Source: Alphaproteobacteria bacterium
GTDB lineage: Bacteria; Pseudomonadota; Alphaproteobacteria; MPNO01
Assembly (NCBI GenBank): GCA_964291675.2
Contig: OZ219865.1
Span: 1,056,001-1,120,000, forward strand
DNA: 64,000 nt
Direction of reading: 5' to 3'
The position numbers were made by a program, and so were the translations under genes. A model generated the notes under the pieces. The model searched no databases. It saw only the letters and a list, made by a program, of their open reading frames with translations, and was not told where the DNA came from. Of this stretch, positions 16,664 through 27,049 are shown piece by piece. The first letter of the stretch is position 1; the number at the start of each line of letters is the position of its first letter.

Positions 16664-17905
16664 TCAACCCCCGCCGCTGCGCTCGCGCTCCAGCGCGTTG
16701 CGCGCCAGCACCCTGCCGCGCTTGATCACCCAGCGCGGCGGCTGTTGCAGGCGGAGCACGTGCTGCACCGTGGGCGCGGCGAGGATGTTGAAATCCGCCC
16801 TGGTGCCGACATCGAGACCGTAGCCTTCGAGCCTCATCGCCTTGGCGGCGTTGCCGGTGATGAAGTCGAACACCGCGCGGATCTCGTCGGGATAGGTCAT
16901 GTGGCAGGCGTGGCAGACATGGGCCGCCACCTCCTGCTGGTCGTTGCGCCCGAACGGGTAGTAGGGGTCGTTCACGTCGTCCTGCGAGGCGAACACGTTG
17001 GCGCCGATCTTCCACAGATCCTTGGTCCGGGTCACCCCGCGCCGCATGTTGTTGGTGTCGTAGCGCCCCTGCGCCACCAGGCTGATCTGCGGGTTGGACG
17101 AGATCGAGACGCCGGCGTCGCGCACCAGGTTCATCACCTTGTGGGCGTGCACCTCGTCGTAAGCCGCGAGCGCGCCGCAATGGCTCGCCGACACCCGTCC
17201 CTGGTAGCCCTCGCGGATCGTCCTGGCGGCGAGGTATTCGAGCGAGCGGCTGTTCGCGTTGTCGGTGTCATCCACCAGCATGTGGATGTCCTTGTCGTAT
17301 TTCCTGGCGAGCTCGAAGCAGAAATCGATATGGGCGCGCGCGTCCTCGTCGAGATGCTCGTGCCAGGGCAGGCCGCCGACCACGTCGGCGCCCATGCGCA
17401 TCCCCTCCTCCATCAGCTCGTCGGTGCCGGGGTCGCGGATGATCGCCTCCTGCGGGAAGTCGACCGCCTCGATCTCGACGATCCCGGCGTATTTCTCGCG
17501 AAGCGCGATGATCCCTTCGAGCGGGCGCAGCCCGCCGATCGAGTCGACGTCGGCGAAGACGCGGAACACCGTCGAGCCGTTGAGGATCCCCTCCTCGATC
17601 GCCCGGCTCGCGCGCTCGACGATGTCGTCCACCGTGTAGGTCCGCTTGTGCTCCCAGGTGATCTCCAGGCATTCCTGGAAGCTGTTGGTGAGGTTGGGGC
17701 GCATCACGTCGCCCAGATTGCACTTGTCGAGATGGACGTGGCCGTTGACATAGGTGGGCGCGGCGAGGTTGCCCGCGGCGTCGATCTCGCTCTCCGCGCT
17801 CGCCTCGATCCCGCGGTCGATGGCGGCGATCCTGCCGTCCTCCACGCCGATTTCCCACGCGCCGTCGCGGTCGAGAAGCCGCGCGTTGCGAACGATCAGG
17901 TCCAT
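16664..17905 (-). CDS. Cytosine deaminase-like amidohydrolase
   Basis: NGHVHLDK, FPQE, SHCGAL, QDDVNDPYYPFG. Confidence 0.9.
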   Translation of the reverse strand: MDLIVRNARLLDRDGAWEIGVEDGRIAAIDRGIEASAESEIDAAGNLAAPTYVNGHVHLDKCNLGDVMRPNLTNSFQECLEITWEHKRTYTVDDIVERASRAIEEGILNGSTVFRVFADVDSIGGLRPLEGIIALREKYAGIVEIEAVDFPQEAIIRDPGTDELMEEGMRMGADVVGGLPWHEHLDEDARAHIDFCFELARKYDKDIHMLVDDTDNANSRSLEYLAARTIREGYQGRVSASHCGALAAYDEVHAHKVMNLVRDAGVSISSNPQISLVAQGRYDTNNMRRGVTRTKDLWKIGANVFASQDDVNDPYYPFGRNDQQEVAAHVCHACHMTYPDEIRAVFDFITGNAAKAMRLEGYGLDVGTRADFNILAAPTVQHVLRLQQPPRWVIKRGRVLARNALERERSGGG

Positions 17906-17926
17906 GATGTCTCTCCCGCCGGCGTT

Positions 17927-18448
17927 TCAGCTCTGCTTTATCTTGCCTTCCTCGTCGAGCTCCAGCCCGGTCTCGCGGGCCGCCTCGATGACCTTGTCGT
18001 GCCATTGGACGCCCGGCGGGTTGCTGCCTTCGATGACCCCGATCAGCACGGCGTACTCGTCGCCCGCGTTCCTGAAGCCGCGCATCACCCCGGTCGGGAT
18101 CGAGATCACGTCGCCCTGCTCCAGGATCGCCTCGTTCTCGCCGTCGTCGCCCCAGTAGATCGACCAGCGCCCGGTCAGCGGGATGAACACCTCGATGGTC
18201 TCGTGGCTGTGCAGCGCGGATCCCTTGCCGGGCTCGCAGCCGTTATGAGTGACGGTGAAGCTGCGGGCATCGGCGATGGCGGGCCTGGTGTCGGGGTCCT
18301 CGTTAACGCCGTAGCCGATCATGTTGAATATGTCGCGCTCGTGGTCGGGAAGCCTGGTGTCCACGAAAGCCATCTTGTTCGGCTTCATGCCGGCGAAGCG
18401 CGCGATCCTCGTCTCCATCTCGGCCTTGGAAACATTGCGTGTCTTCAT
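17927..18448 (-). CDS. Cupin domain protein
   Basis: GSALHSHETIEVF, GDVISIPTGVMRGF. Confidence 0.85.
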   Translation of the reverse strand: MKTRNVSKAEMETRIARFAGMKPNKMAFVDTRLPDHERDIFNMIGYGVNEDPDTRPAIADARSFTVTHNGCEPGKGSALHSHETIEVFIPLTGRWSIYWGDDGENEAILEQGDVISIPTGVMRGFRNAGDEYAVLIGVIEGSNPPGVQWHDKVIEAARETGLELDEEGKIKQS

Positions 18449-18568
18449 CGTCCGTCCCCGGTCTCGATAAGGCTGTCGGCAGCGTAGCGCCGCGCCGCCG
18501 CAAGCCGCAAGCGGGCTCGGGGTCCGGAATGGCCGCCGTGAGCCGGGATCTGGAACGGTGGGCGGCCC

Positions 18569-19267
18569 CTACTCCGCCGCTTCGGTCCCCGCGTCGAGGA
18601 GTTGGGCGACGTAGAACCCGCGCCGGGTCAGGCTCTTGGCGAACTCGTCCTCGAAATGCGCGACCACCGAGCCGGTGACCAGCTCCTCGGCGAGCAGCGC
18701 ATCCGACCACGCCTTGACCAGCGGAAAGCCGTCCAGGAACCCGGTCGCGAGGTAGCGCTCGGCGAACGCGAAGCGCTGGAAGAACGGCGCATAGGCCGCA
18801 TCGACCAGGCACAGCGTCTCGCCGTTGAAGAACGGGCCGTCATTGCCGCGCTCGCGCTCGATCGCCTCTTCGAGCCGGGCCACCCGCCTGGGCGCCTGGG
18901 CCAGCCCTTCCGCCATCGCTTCCGGGGTCTTGGTGTAGTAGATGCCCATCAGCGCCTTGGCGAAGTCGGGCACGAAGTCGGTCCACGCGCGGTTGCGGGC
19001 GCGCTCGACCGGGTCCTCGGGGTGCAGCCGGGGCGGCACCATCTCGTCGAGGAACTCGGCGATGGCGTTGGATTCGTAGAGCGGCTCGTCGCCGACCACC
19101 AGCACCGGAACCTTGCCGTGCGGCGAGATCTTCAGGAACCAGTCGGGCTTCTCGAGCAGGTTGATGTAGGTTACGTCGAACTCGACTCGCTTGGCGCGCA
19201 TCAGGATCACGGCGCGCTGCACCCAGGGTCAGGTGAACGAGCTGATCAGGTGATATTTTTCGGTCAT
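18569..19267 (-). CDS. Glutathione S-transferase (omega-like), probable selenoprotein with Sec13
   Basis: MTEKYHLISSFT-TGA-PWVQRAVI in frame with KPDWFLKISPHGKVPVL, YESNAIAEFLDE, CLVDAAYAP; GGAGA RBS before ATG 19267. Confidence 0.8.
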
Positions 19268-19352
19268 TCGCTGTCTCCGTCGCGGACCGTCGGCGGCCCG
19301 GTGCCGAACATAGGGCGCGCTTCCGTCCCGGTCAAAACGACGGGATGAGCGG

Positions 19353-19946
19353 ATGCCCGACTTCGCGCTCGAAGAGGCCTCCGGCGGGCCGGTCGCCGGC
19401 ATCGACGAGGCCGGGCGGGGGCCGTGGGCCGGGCCGGTGGTCGCGGCGGCGGTGATCCTCGATCCCCTGGCGCTGCCCGCCGGGCTCGACGACTCGAAGA
19501 CGCTCACGGCGGCGCGGCGCGGCGACCTCTATCGCCGGCTCCTGGGTTGCGCCGAGATCGGCGTCGGCGCCGCCAGCGTGCGCGAGATCGAGCAGCTCAA
19601 CATCTTGCAGGCCACCCTGGCCGCGATGGCCCGGGCGCTCGCCGCCCTGCCCCGGCGCCCCGCCACCGCCCTGGTCGACGGCAACCGCGCCCCCGACCTG
19701 CCCTGCCGGGTGGAGACGGTGGTGCGCGGCGATTCGCGCTCGCTCTCCATCGCCGCCGCCTCGATCGTCGCCAAGGTGACGCGCGACGGCATCATGGCGC
19801 GGCTCGCTTCGCGCTATCCCGGCTTCGGCTGGGAGCGCAACGCGGGCTACGGCACGGCGGAGCACAGGCGGGCGCTCGCCCGGCTCGGCGCGACCCCGCA
19901 TCATCGGCGGTGCTTCGCGCCGATCCGCGCGATCCTCGAGAGCTAG
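19353..19946 (+). CDS. rnhB: Ribonuclease HII
   Basis: [35 protein letters not shown]. Confidence 0.97.
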   Translation: MPDFALEEASGGPVAGIDEAGRGPWAGPVVAAAVILDPLALPAGLDDSKTLTAARRGDLYRRLLGCAEIGVGAASVREIEQLNILQATLAAMARALAALPRRPATALVDGNRAPDLPCRVETVVRGDSRSLSIAAASIVAKVTRDGIMARLASRYPGFGWERNAGYGTAEHRRALARLGATPHHRRCFAPIRAILES

Positions 19947-20989
19947 CCCGAATGCGCCAGCGCGTGGCGCACGACCTTCTTCATCACCGACGGCAGCGCG
20001 TGTTCGCCGAGCCGCGCCACCGGCGTCCAGACCCCTTCCACCGGTCGCCACTCCTTGACGACGCCGGAGACGATCTCCAGCTCCAGGTGGAAATGGGTGA
20101 AGGTATGGCGCACCCCTCCCGGTACGGGCCGCCAGTCGGCGCGCGCGGGCGCGTGGGCGAGCGCCCGCGGACCCGCCCGCGTGTCCCGCCAATCGGTCGA
20201 GGGGATTTCCATCATCCCGCCCAAGAGCCCGCTCTCGGGGCGCCGGCGGAGCAACACCGCCCCGTCGGGCCGCCTCGCCCAGAAGGCGGTGCCGTAGCGC
20301 GTCGGCCGCTGCGCCCGGGTCTCGCGCCGGGGCAGGTTTTCGGCGGTCCCGGCGCGGAACGCCGCGCAGTCCTGCGGCAACGGGCAGATTCCGCAGCGGG
20401 GCGACCGCGGCGTGCAGACCGTCGCGCCGAGATCCATCATCGCCTGGACGTGGTCGCCCGGCCGGGCATGCGGCGTGAGACCGGCGGCGAGGCGGCGCAG
20501 CGCGGGCTTGGCGCGCGGCAGGGGCTCCTCGACCGCGAACAGGCGCGCCACCACCCGCTCGACATTGCCGTCGACCGCGGTGGCCGGGCGGTCGAAGGCG
20601 ATCGCGGCGATCGCCGCCGCGGTGTAGGCGCCGATCCCGGGGAGCGCCCGCAGGGCCTCCTCGCTGTCCGGGAAGCGGCCGCCATGCTCGCGGACCAGCA
20701 GCCTCGCGCATCTGTGCAGGTTGCGCGCGCGGGCGTAGTAGCCGAGCCCCTGCCAGGCATGCAGCACCTCGTCGAGCTCCGCCTGGGCGAGCGCTTCGAG
20801 GGTCGGCCAGCGGGCGAGGAAACGCCCGAAATACCCCGCCACCGTTGCGACCGTCGTCTGCTGCAACATGATTTCGCTGAGCCAGACCCGGTAGGGATCG
20901 GGACGGCGGCCGGGCGGCGCGCGCCACGGCAGGTCGCGGCGGTGCCGGTCGTACCACGCCAGCAGCTTCCCGGCTGCGCTTCGGTCCAC
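19943..20989 (-). CDS. mutY: A/G-specific adenine glycosylase
   Basis: [41 protein letters not shown], 4Fe-4S Cys motif; start approximate. Confidence 0.96.
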   Translation of the reverse strand: MDRSAAGKLLAWYDRHRRDLPWRAPPGRRPDPYRVWLSEIMLQQTTVATVAGYFGRFLARWPTLEALAQAELDEVLHAWQGLGYYARARNLHRCARLLVREHGGRFPDSEEALRALPGIGAYTAAAIAAIAFDRPATAVDGNVERVVARLFAVEEPLPRAKPALRRLAAGLTPHARPGDHVQAMMDLGATVCTPRSPRCGICPLPQDCAAFRAGTAENLPRRETRAQRPTRYGTAFWARRPDGAVLLRRRPESGLLGGMMEIPSTDWRDTRAGPRALAHAPARADWRPVPGGVRHTFTHFHLELEIVSGVVKEWRPVEGVWTPVARLGEHALPSVMKKVVRHALAHSG

Positions 20990-21076
20990 GCGACGAGTTC
21001 CCACGGGCGTCGGTTCGTTGTCTCGCCCGTCCGCCCAGCCTACCATGCCTCGGCGGAAGCCTGCGGCGGAGCGGCC

Positions 21077-21517
21077 ATGGCAGCGCGCTTGAGCAAGCTG
21101 ATCCCCGGGATCGTCGGCGAAGCGTTTCGGCGGCGGGGCTTCGTGGAGCCCGTGCTGGCGACCAGCTGGCGGGACATCGTGGGCGAGGAGACGGCGCGGC
21201 GCGCGATCCCGATCCGGATCGACTTTCCGCGCGGGTCGAGAAGCGGCGGGACGCTGCACATCCGCGTCGAAGGCGCGCATGCGCCCGACCTCCAGCACAA
21301 CGCGCCGCGAATCGTCGAACGGATCAACAGCTTCCACGGCTATGCCGCGGTCGCCCGGATCGCGCTGCACCAGGGACCGGTGGAGACGCGCGAGCCGTCG
21401 CCCACACCCCGCGAGCCCGCCGGGAGGAAGGCGCCGGAGATCGGCGGCGTGAACGACCCGCGGTTGCGGGAAGCGCTGCGCGGGCTGGGAACGACGATCC
21501 GGGACGGTTCGGAATAG
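21077..21517 (+). CDS. DciA/DUF721 family protein
   Basis: RRGFVE, WRDIVG, LHIRV, LQH, IVERINSFHGY; conserved mutY-DUF721-dsbA-smc order. Confidence 0.88.
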   Translation: MAARLSKLIPGIVGEAFRRRGFVEPVLATSWRDIVGEETARRAIPIRIDFPRGSRSGGTLHIRVEGAHAPDLQHNAPRIVERINSFHGYAAVARIALHQGPVETREPSPTPREPAGRKAPEIGGVNDPRLREALRGLGTTIRDGSE

Positions 21518-21602
21518 CCCCGCCCGGCAGAAACCCCGTTCGGCGCCGACGCAACATGAAGCTGGACGCCGATAGCGGAATCCATCTAAATATTGTGGTA
21601 GG

Positions 21603-22283
21603 ATGACCGAAATGTGGAACATGTGGCATATGAGCCGCCGAACGCTGGTTGGCGGCATCGTGTCCCTCGGGTGCTTTCTGGCCGTCTCCGGCGTCTTCTG
21701 GAGCACCGCGCCGAAGGCTCAGGTCCCGAAGCCGGAAGAGACTTTCGGCTCGGTGGCGATCGACGCCGGGGACAAGGTGCTGGGCCGCGCCGATGCGCCG
21801 GTGACCATCGTCGAGTACGCCTCCTTCACCTGCCCGCATTGCGCACATTTCCACGCCGACATCCTGCCGGAGCTCAAGAAGGCCTATATCGATACCGGCA
21901 AGGCCCGGCTGGTCTATCGCGATTTCCCGCTCGACCGCTACGCGTTCGCCGCCTCGGTGGTGGCGCGCTGCGCCGCGAACGACCGCTATTTCGGCATGGT
22001 CGACCTGCTGTACCGGGAACAGCCGCGCTGGTCGGGCGCGGAGAACCCGGTCGCCGCGCTCGGCGGCCTCGCCATGCTGGCCGGCATTTCGAAGAAGAAG
22101 CTGGAATCCTGCCTCCGCGACGAAGGGCTTCAGAAGACCGTGCTCCAGCAGCGCCTCACGGCGAGCCAGCAATACAAGGTGACGTCGACGCCGACCCTGA
22201 TCGTCAACGGCGCGAATTATGGCGGCGATCTGACGCTCGACCAGCTCCGCGCCGTGATCGACGCGATCCTGTCGGGGTCGTAG
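21603..22283 (+). CDS. DsbA family thiol-disulfide oxidoreductase
   Basis: EYASFTCPHCAHF, YRDFPLD, STPTL; N-terminal signal/anchor; start may be ATG 21630. Confidence 0.93.
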   Translation: MTEMWNMWHMSRRTLVGGIVSLGCFLAVSGVFWSTAPKAQVPKPEETFGSVAIDAGDKVLGRADAPVTIVEYASFTCPHCAHFHADILPELKKAYIDTGKARLVYRDFPLDRYAFAASVVARCAANDRYFGMVDLLYREQPRWSGAENPVAALGGLAMLAGISKKKLESCLRDEGLQKTVLQQRLTASQQYKVTSTPTLIVNGANYGGDLTLDQLRAVIDAILSGS

Positions 22284-22298
22284 CGGGGACGGGTTCCG

Positions 22299-25200
22299 GT
22301 GGAATTCTCACGCCTCCGACTGACCGGGTTCAAGTCCTTCGTCGACCCGACGGATGTCTACATCGACCCGGGCCTCACCGGCGTCGTCGGTCCGAACGGC
22401 TGCGGCAAGTCCAATATCGTCGAGGCGTTGCGCTGGGTGATGGGCGAGACCGCGCCGCGGCAGATGCGCTCCTCCGAGATGGACGAGGTGATCTTCGCGG
22501 GCACCGCCGACCGGCCGGCGCGCAACATGGCCGAGGTGCTGCTGAGCCTCGACAACTCGGAGCGCGACGCGCCGGCGGCCTATAACGAGGGGCCCGAGAT
22601 CAATGTCGCGCGCCGGATCGAGCGCGGCAGCGGCTCGCAGTTCCGCGTCAACGGCCGGGAGGTGCGCGCGCGCGACGTGCAGACCCTGTTCGCGGACGCG
22701 GCCTCGGGGGCGCGCGCAACCGCGATCGTCAACCAGGGACAGGTCGGCGACCTGATCGGCGCGAAGCCCGCGGAACGCCGCCGGGTGCTGGAGGACGCCG
22801 CCGGCATCACCGGGCTCCACGCCCGCCGCCACGAGGCGGAGCTCCGCCTGCGCGCGGCGGAGACCAATCTGGACCGGCTGGAAGACGTCATCGGCGCGCT
22901 GGAGGAGCAGCATCGCGGGCTCAAGCGCCAGGCGCGCCAGGCCACGAGATACCGCAATTTGAGCGACCGCATCCGGCGCGCCGAGGCCGCCCTTCTCCAT
23001 CGCCGCTGGATCGCGGCCACCCGGGCGATGGCGGAGGCGCGGGACGCGCTTGCGCAGGCCGAGACGGCGGTGGCGGAGATCGCCGGCGTCGTGGCGCGCG
23101 CAACCGCGGCGCGGGAAGACGCCGAGGCGGCGATCCCGCCGCTGCGCGAGGCGGAACGGCAGACGGCGGACGCCCTGCGGACGCTGATGGTCCGGCGCGA
23201 CGGGCTGGAGCAGGAGGCGCGCAGGGTCGCGCAGGCGGTCGAGGCGCTGGACGTGCAGATCCGCCAGCTCGAAGGCGACGCCGCGGGCGCGCGCGACCGC
23301 GCCGCCGACGCCGAGGCGGCCCTCGCGCGGCTCGCCGCCGAGCTCGACGGCATCGCCGCCGGCGAGGCGGGCCACGAGGAGGCGCTGGCCGAGATCGCCT
23401 TCCGGCTCGCCCGCGCGGGAGAAGCGGACGAGGCGGCGGAGCACGCGCATGCAACGGCGCTGCGCGACCTCACCGAGGCCAGTGCGGGCAGGCGCGCGCT
23501 CGAGCAGCGGATCGCGGAAGCCCGGGCGCGGCGCGACCGAATCGCCGCGCGCCGCCGGGGGCTCGAGGAGGAGCGGGCGACACACGGCCCGCTCGGGCAG
23601 TTCGAGCGCGCTGTGGCCGACGCCGAGGCGGCGACCTCCGGGGCGGAGTCGCGGCTGCGCCAGGCGCAGGCGGCGCTGGAGACTGCCGAGGCGGGACGCG
23701 CGCGTTGCGCCGCGGAGGACGAGGCGGCACGTCTTGAATTGCGCGCCGCCGAGGGCGAGGCCGGCAAGGCGAAATCGGAGATCGACGCCCTCGCCGCGCT
23801 GCTCGATCTCGGCGAGCCGGGGCTCTGGCCGCCGATGATCGACCTGGTCGCGGTCGAGACCGGATACGAAATCGCGCTCGGCGCCGCGCTCGGCGACGAT
23901 CTCCTGGCATCCGGCGACCGGGCCGCTCCGCTGCACTGGCGCGAGACCGCCGGGGATGGCGCGGCGCCGGCCCTGCCGCCCGGGACCCCTCCCCTTTCCG
24001 ACTTCGTCGATGCGCCGGCCGCGCTGCGGCTCAGGCTGTCGCAGATCGGGCTGATCGACGAGGCGGATGGCGATGCGCTGTCGCGGGACCTGGTTCAGGG
24101 CCAGCGTCTCGTCGCGCGGAGCGGCGCGCTGTGGCGCTGGGACGGCTACCGCGTGACGGCGGGAACGCCCACCGCCGCCGCCAAGCGCATGGCCCAGCGC
24201 AACCGGCTGGAAGAGCTGCGCGGCACCCTCGCGGCGCTGGATCGGTCGCGCGAAGACGCCGCCGCCGCCGCCGAGACGGCCGGCGGGCGTCTCGGCGCGG
24301 CGATCGCGGCGGAGGACGGGGCGCGCGCCGCCCGGCGGGATGCGGAAGCGGCGCTGGCCGATGCCAGGGCCGGCGAATCCGGGGCCGCGGCGGCGCTCGC
24401 CGGCGAGCGGTCCTGGCGCAAGTCGGCGGCCGACGCCGAGGCCGCCATGGCGACCGAGCTCGACGAGGCGGAGGCGGCGCTGGCCGAGGCGGAAGGGGAG
24501 CTCCGCTCGCTCGCCGATTCCGCGCTCCTGAGCGACGCGGTGGAGCGGGCGAAGGCCGTGCTCGACGAAGCGCGCCGCCGGGTCGCCGAAATCGGCCGGG
24601 AGCATCAGCGGACACTCGCCCAAGCCGAGCAGCGGGCGCGGCGCAAGACGGCGATCGAGGGCGATATCGGGTCCTGGCGGGAGCGCGCGTCCGACGCCCG
24701 ACGCGGCATCGAGGATTTCGCCGCGCGCATCGACGAGGCGGCGGCGGAGCGCGCCGCGCTGGCGGAACGCCCGGCCGCGCTGGCCCGCGAAGCGGAAACC
24801 CTATCCGCCGATATCGCCGGGGCGGATGCCGAGCGCGACCGGGCGGCCGGCGCACTCGCGGATGCCGAAGCGCGGCTGGACGACGCCGCGCGGTCGCTGC
24901 GCACCGACGAGAACCGGCTCGCCGAGAGGCGCGAGGAACGCGTCCGCCGCGAGGCCGAGCTGGAGCAGGCGAGGCAGGGCCTCGACGCCGTGGCTGAGCG
25001 CGTGCGGGAGCGGATCGGCTGCGAGCCCGAGGCGATCGCCGAGGCGTTCGGGATCGACCCGGATGCGGAGCTGCCCGACGCCGACGCCCTCCAGGCGAGG
25101 CTCGACAAGCTCAACCGCGAACGCGAGAACATCGGACCGGTCAATCTGCGCGCCGATATCGAGGCGGCCGAGCTCGAAACCCGCATCGCCGAGATGTTCG

Positions 25201-25757
25201 GCGAGCGGGAGGATCTGCTGGGCGCCATCGCCAAGCTGCGCCACGGCATCGCGGGCCTCAACCGCGAGGGGCGCGAACGGCTGCTGGCGGCGTTCGAGAC
25301 CATCGACGGCCATTTCCGCACCGTCTTTACCCGGCTGTTCGGCGGCGGCAGCGCCCGGCTTGCGCTCACCGAGTCGGAGGACCCGTTCGAATCGGGTCTC
25401 GAGGTGATGGCGAGCCCGCCGGGCAAGCGGCTCCAGTCGATGTCGCTGATGTCGGGCGGGGAACAGGCGCTGACCGCTATCTCGCTGCTGTTCGCGGTGT
25501 TCCTGACCAACCCGGCGCCGATCTGCGTGCTCGACGAGGTCGACGCGCCGCTCGACGACAACAATGTCGACCGGTTCTGCAATCTGCTGGAAGAGATCTG
25601 CCGCGGCGGCGAGACCCGCTTCCTGCTGATCACCCATCACCGCCTGACCATGGCGCGGATGGACCGGCTCTACGGGGTGACCATGCCGGAGCCCGGCGTC
25701 TCCCGGCTCGTCTCGGTCGACCTGATGGCCGCCGAGCGGCTGCGCGAGCCGGCCTAG
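22299..25757 (+). CDS. smc: Chromosome segregation protein SMC
   Basis: GFKSF, GPNGCGKSN, long coiled coil with hinge, MSGGEQ, LDEVDAPLDD. Confidence 0.97.
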   Translation: MEFSRLRLTGFKSFVDPTDVYIDPGLTGVVGPNGCGKSNIVEALRWVMGETAPRQMRSSEMDEVIFAGTADRPARNMAEVLLSLDNSERDAPAAYNEGPEINVARRIERGSGSQFRVNGREVRARDVQTLFADAASGARATAIVNQGQVGDLIGAKPAERRRVLEDAAGITGLHARRHEAELRLRAAETNLDRLEDVIGALEEQHRGLKRQARQATRYRNLSDRIRRAEAALLHRRWIAATRAMAEARDALAQAETAVAEIAGVVARATAAREDAEAAIPPLREAERQTADALRTLMVRRDGLEQEARRVAQAVEALDVQIRQLEGDAAGARDRAADAEAALARLAAELDGIAAGEAGHEEALAEIAFRLARAGEADEAAEHAHATALRDLTEASAGRRALEQRIAEARARRDRIAARRRGLEEERATHGPLGQFERAVADAEAATSGAESRLRQAQAALETAEAGRARCAAEDEAARLELRAAEGEAGKAKSEIDALAALLDLGEPGLWPPMIDLVAVETGYEIALGAALGDDLLASGDRAAPLHWRETAGDGAAPALPPGTPPLSDFVDAPAALRLRLSQIGLIDEADGDALSRDLVQGQRLVARSGALWRWDGYRVTAGTPTAAAKRMAQRNRLEELRGTLAALDRSREDAAAAAETAGGRLGAAIAAEDGARAARRDAEAALADARAGESGAAAALAGERSWRKSAADAEAAMATELDEAEAALAEAEGELRSLADSALLSDAVERAKAVLDEARRRVAEIGREHQRTLAQAEQRARRKTAIEGDIGSWRERASDARRGIEDFAARIDEAAAERAALAERPAALAREAETLSADIAGADAERDRAAGALADAEARLDDAARSLRTDENRLAERREERVRREAELEQARQGLDAVAERVRERIGCEPEAIAEAFGIDPDAELPDADALQARLDKLNRERENIGPVNLRADIEAAELETRIAEMFGEREDLLGAIAKLRHGIAGLNREGRERLLAAFETIDGHFRTVFTRLFGGGSARLALTESEDPFESGLEVMASPPGKRLQSMSLMSGGEQALTAISLLFAVFLTNPAPICVLDEVDAPLDDNNVDRFCNLLEEICRGGETRFLLITHHRLTMARMDRLYGVTMPEPGVSRLVSVDLMAAERLREPA

Positions 25758-25853
25758 GGGCGGATTCGCCGCGCCGCGAAGGCGGCGTGGGAGAGCCACC
25801 CCGATCCCCGTTTCATCATTGTTTTCAATCGTTTGAGAGGTATCCGTTAGACC

Positions 25854-25882
25854 TTGACAGGGTATCGGCACCTTCCTATCGT
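25854..25882 (+). promoter_or_regulatory. Sigma70 promoter of atp F0 operon
   Basis: TTGACA-17 bp-TATCGT with AT-rich upstream tract. Confidence 0.7.
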
Positions 25883-25947
25883 GCGCCCGCCGTTGGCCTT
25901 GGCGCTCCCCGCGCCCGGGGTGCGCGGCGCGGCGTTGCAAGCGATCC

Positions 25948-26280
25948 ATGACCGAGCCCGAGCCTCCGCAACCCCTCCGGGACCTGGATAGGCGGCTCAA
26001 GCGGTTGCGTGCCGAAGAAGACGACGGTGCGCGCAGCGCGGCGGAGCGCGGCCGCGGGTTGAGCCTCGCGGTCAGGATCGGCGCGGAGCTGGTGGCCGCG
26101 CTGGCGGTGGGCGTCGGTATCGGGCTCCTGCTCGACGGCTGGCTGGGCACGGCGCCGTGGATGCTGGTCGGGTTCTTCGTTCTCGGCGCCGCCGCCGGGA
26201 TGCTGAACGTCTACCGGGTGATGGAGCGCATGAACCGGACCGCGGGCGACGCGACGGGCAAGAGAACGGGGGGCGAGTGA
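25948..26280 (+). CDS. atpI: ATP synthase protein I (AtpZ/AtpI)
   Basis: ELVAALAVGVGIGLLLDGWLGTAPW, GAAAGMLNVYR; first gene of F0 operon. Confidence 0.9.
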   Translation: MTEPEPPQPLRDLDRRLKRLRAEEDDGARSAAERGRGLSLAVRIGAELVAALAVGVGIGLLLDGWLGTAPWMLVGFFVLGAAAGMLNVYRVMERMNRTAGDATGKRTGGE

Positions 26281-26281
26281 C

Positions 26282-27019
26282 ATGGCGAGCGCCGAACATC
26301 ACGGCCCGCTCTCGCAGTTCGAGATCAAGACGCTGCTGCCGATCCGCCTCGGCGAGGCCGACATCTCGTTCACCAACTCGTCGCTGATGATGGTGATCGC
26401 GCTATTCGCGATCACGCTGTTCCTGCTGCTCGGCGCGCGCAAGCGGGCGCTGGTGCCGGGGCGCTGGCAGTCGATCGCGGAGCTCTCCTACGAATTCATC
26501 GTCGGCCTGCTGCGCGACACCGTGGGGCCGGACGGGCGGCGCTATTTCCCCTTCGTGTTCACGCTGTTCATGTTCGTCCTGTTCGGCAACATGCTGGGGA
26601 TGATCCCCTACAGCTTCACCTTCACCAGCCACATCGTCGTGACCTTCGCCCTGGCGGCGGTGGTGTTCGTCGGGGTGACGATTCTCGGCTTCGTCAAGCA
26701 CGGTTTCCACTTCTTCTCGTTTTTCGTGCCGCCCGGCATTTCCGTGGCGCTGTGGCCGCTGATGATCCCGATCGAGATCATCTCCTACCTGTCGCGCCCG
26801 ATCAGCCTGTCGGTGCGGCTGTTCGCGAACATGCTTGCGGGGCATACGCTGCTCAAGGTGTTCGCCGGATTCGTGCCGGTGCTGGGGTTTGCCGGGGTCG
26901 TCCCGCTCGCCTTCGTCGCCGCGCTCTCGGGGCTCGAATTGCTGATCGCGTTCCTTCAGGCCTATGTGTTCGCGATCCTCACCTGCCTGTACATCAACGA
27001 CGCTCTGCACATGCACTGA
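26282..27019 (+). CDS. atpB: F0F1 ATP synthase subunit a
   Basis: PGRWQS, SLSVRLFANMLAGH, LQAYVF. Confidence 0.97.
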   Translation: MASAEHHGPLSQFEIKTLLPIRLGEADISFTNSSLMMVIALFAITLFLLLGARKRALVPGRWQSIAELSYEFIVGLLRDTVGPDGRRYFPFVFTLFMFVLFGNMLGMIPYSFTFTSHIVVTFALAAVVFVGVTILGFVKHGFHFFSFFVPPGISVALWPLMIPIEIISYLSRPISLSVRLFANMLAGHTLLKVFAGFVPVLGFAGVVPLAFVAALSGLELLIAFLQAYVFAILTCLYINDALHMH

Positions 27020-27049
27020 GCGGCGGCATCCTGCGAAAGAGAGGACAAC

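Noticed and set aside
19229-19507. 92-aa ORF ending MTEKYHLISSFT and the 217-aa GST starting at 19222 as two separate genes
   Set aside because: They are better explained as one GST read through TGA; the rest of the 92-aa ORF is antisense to rnhB.
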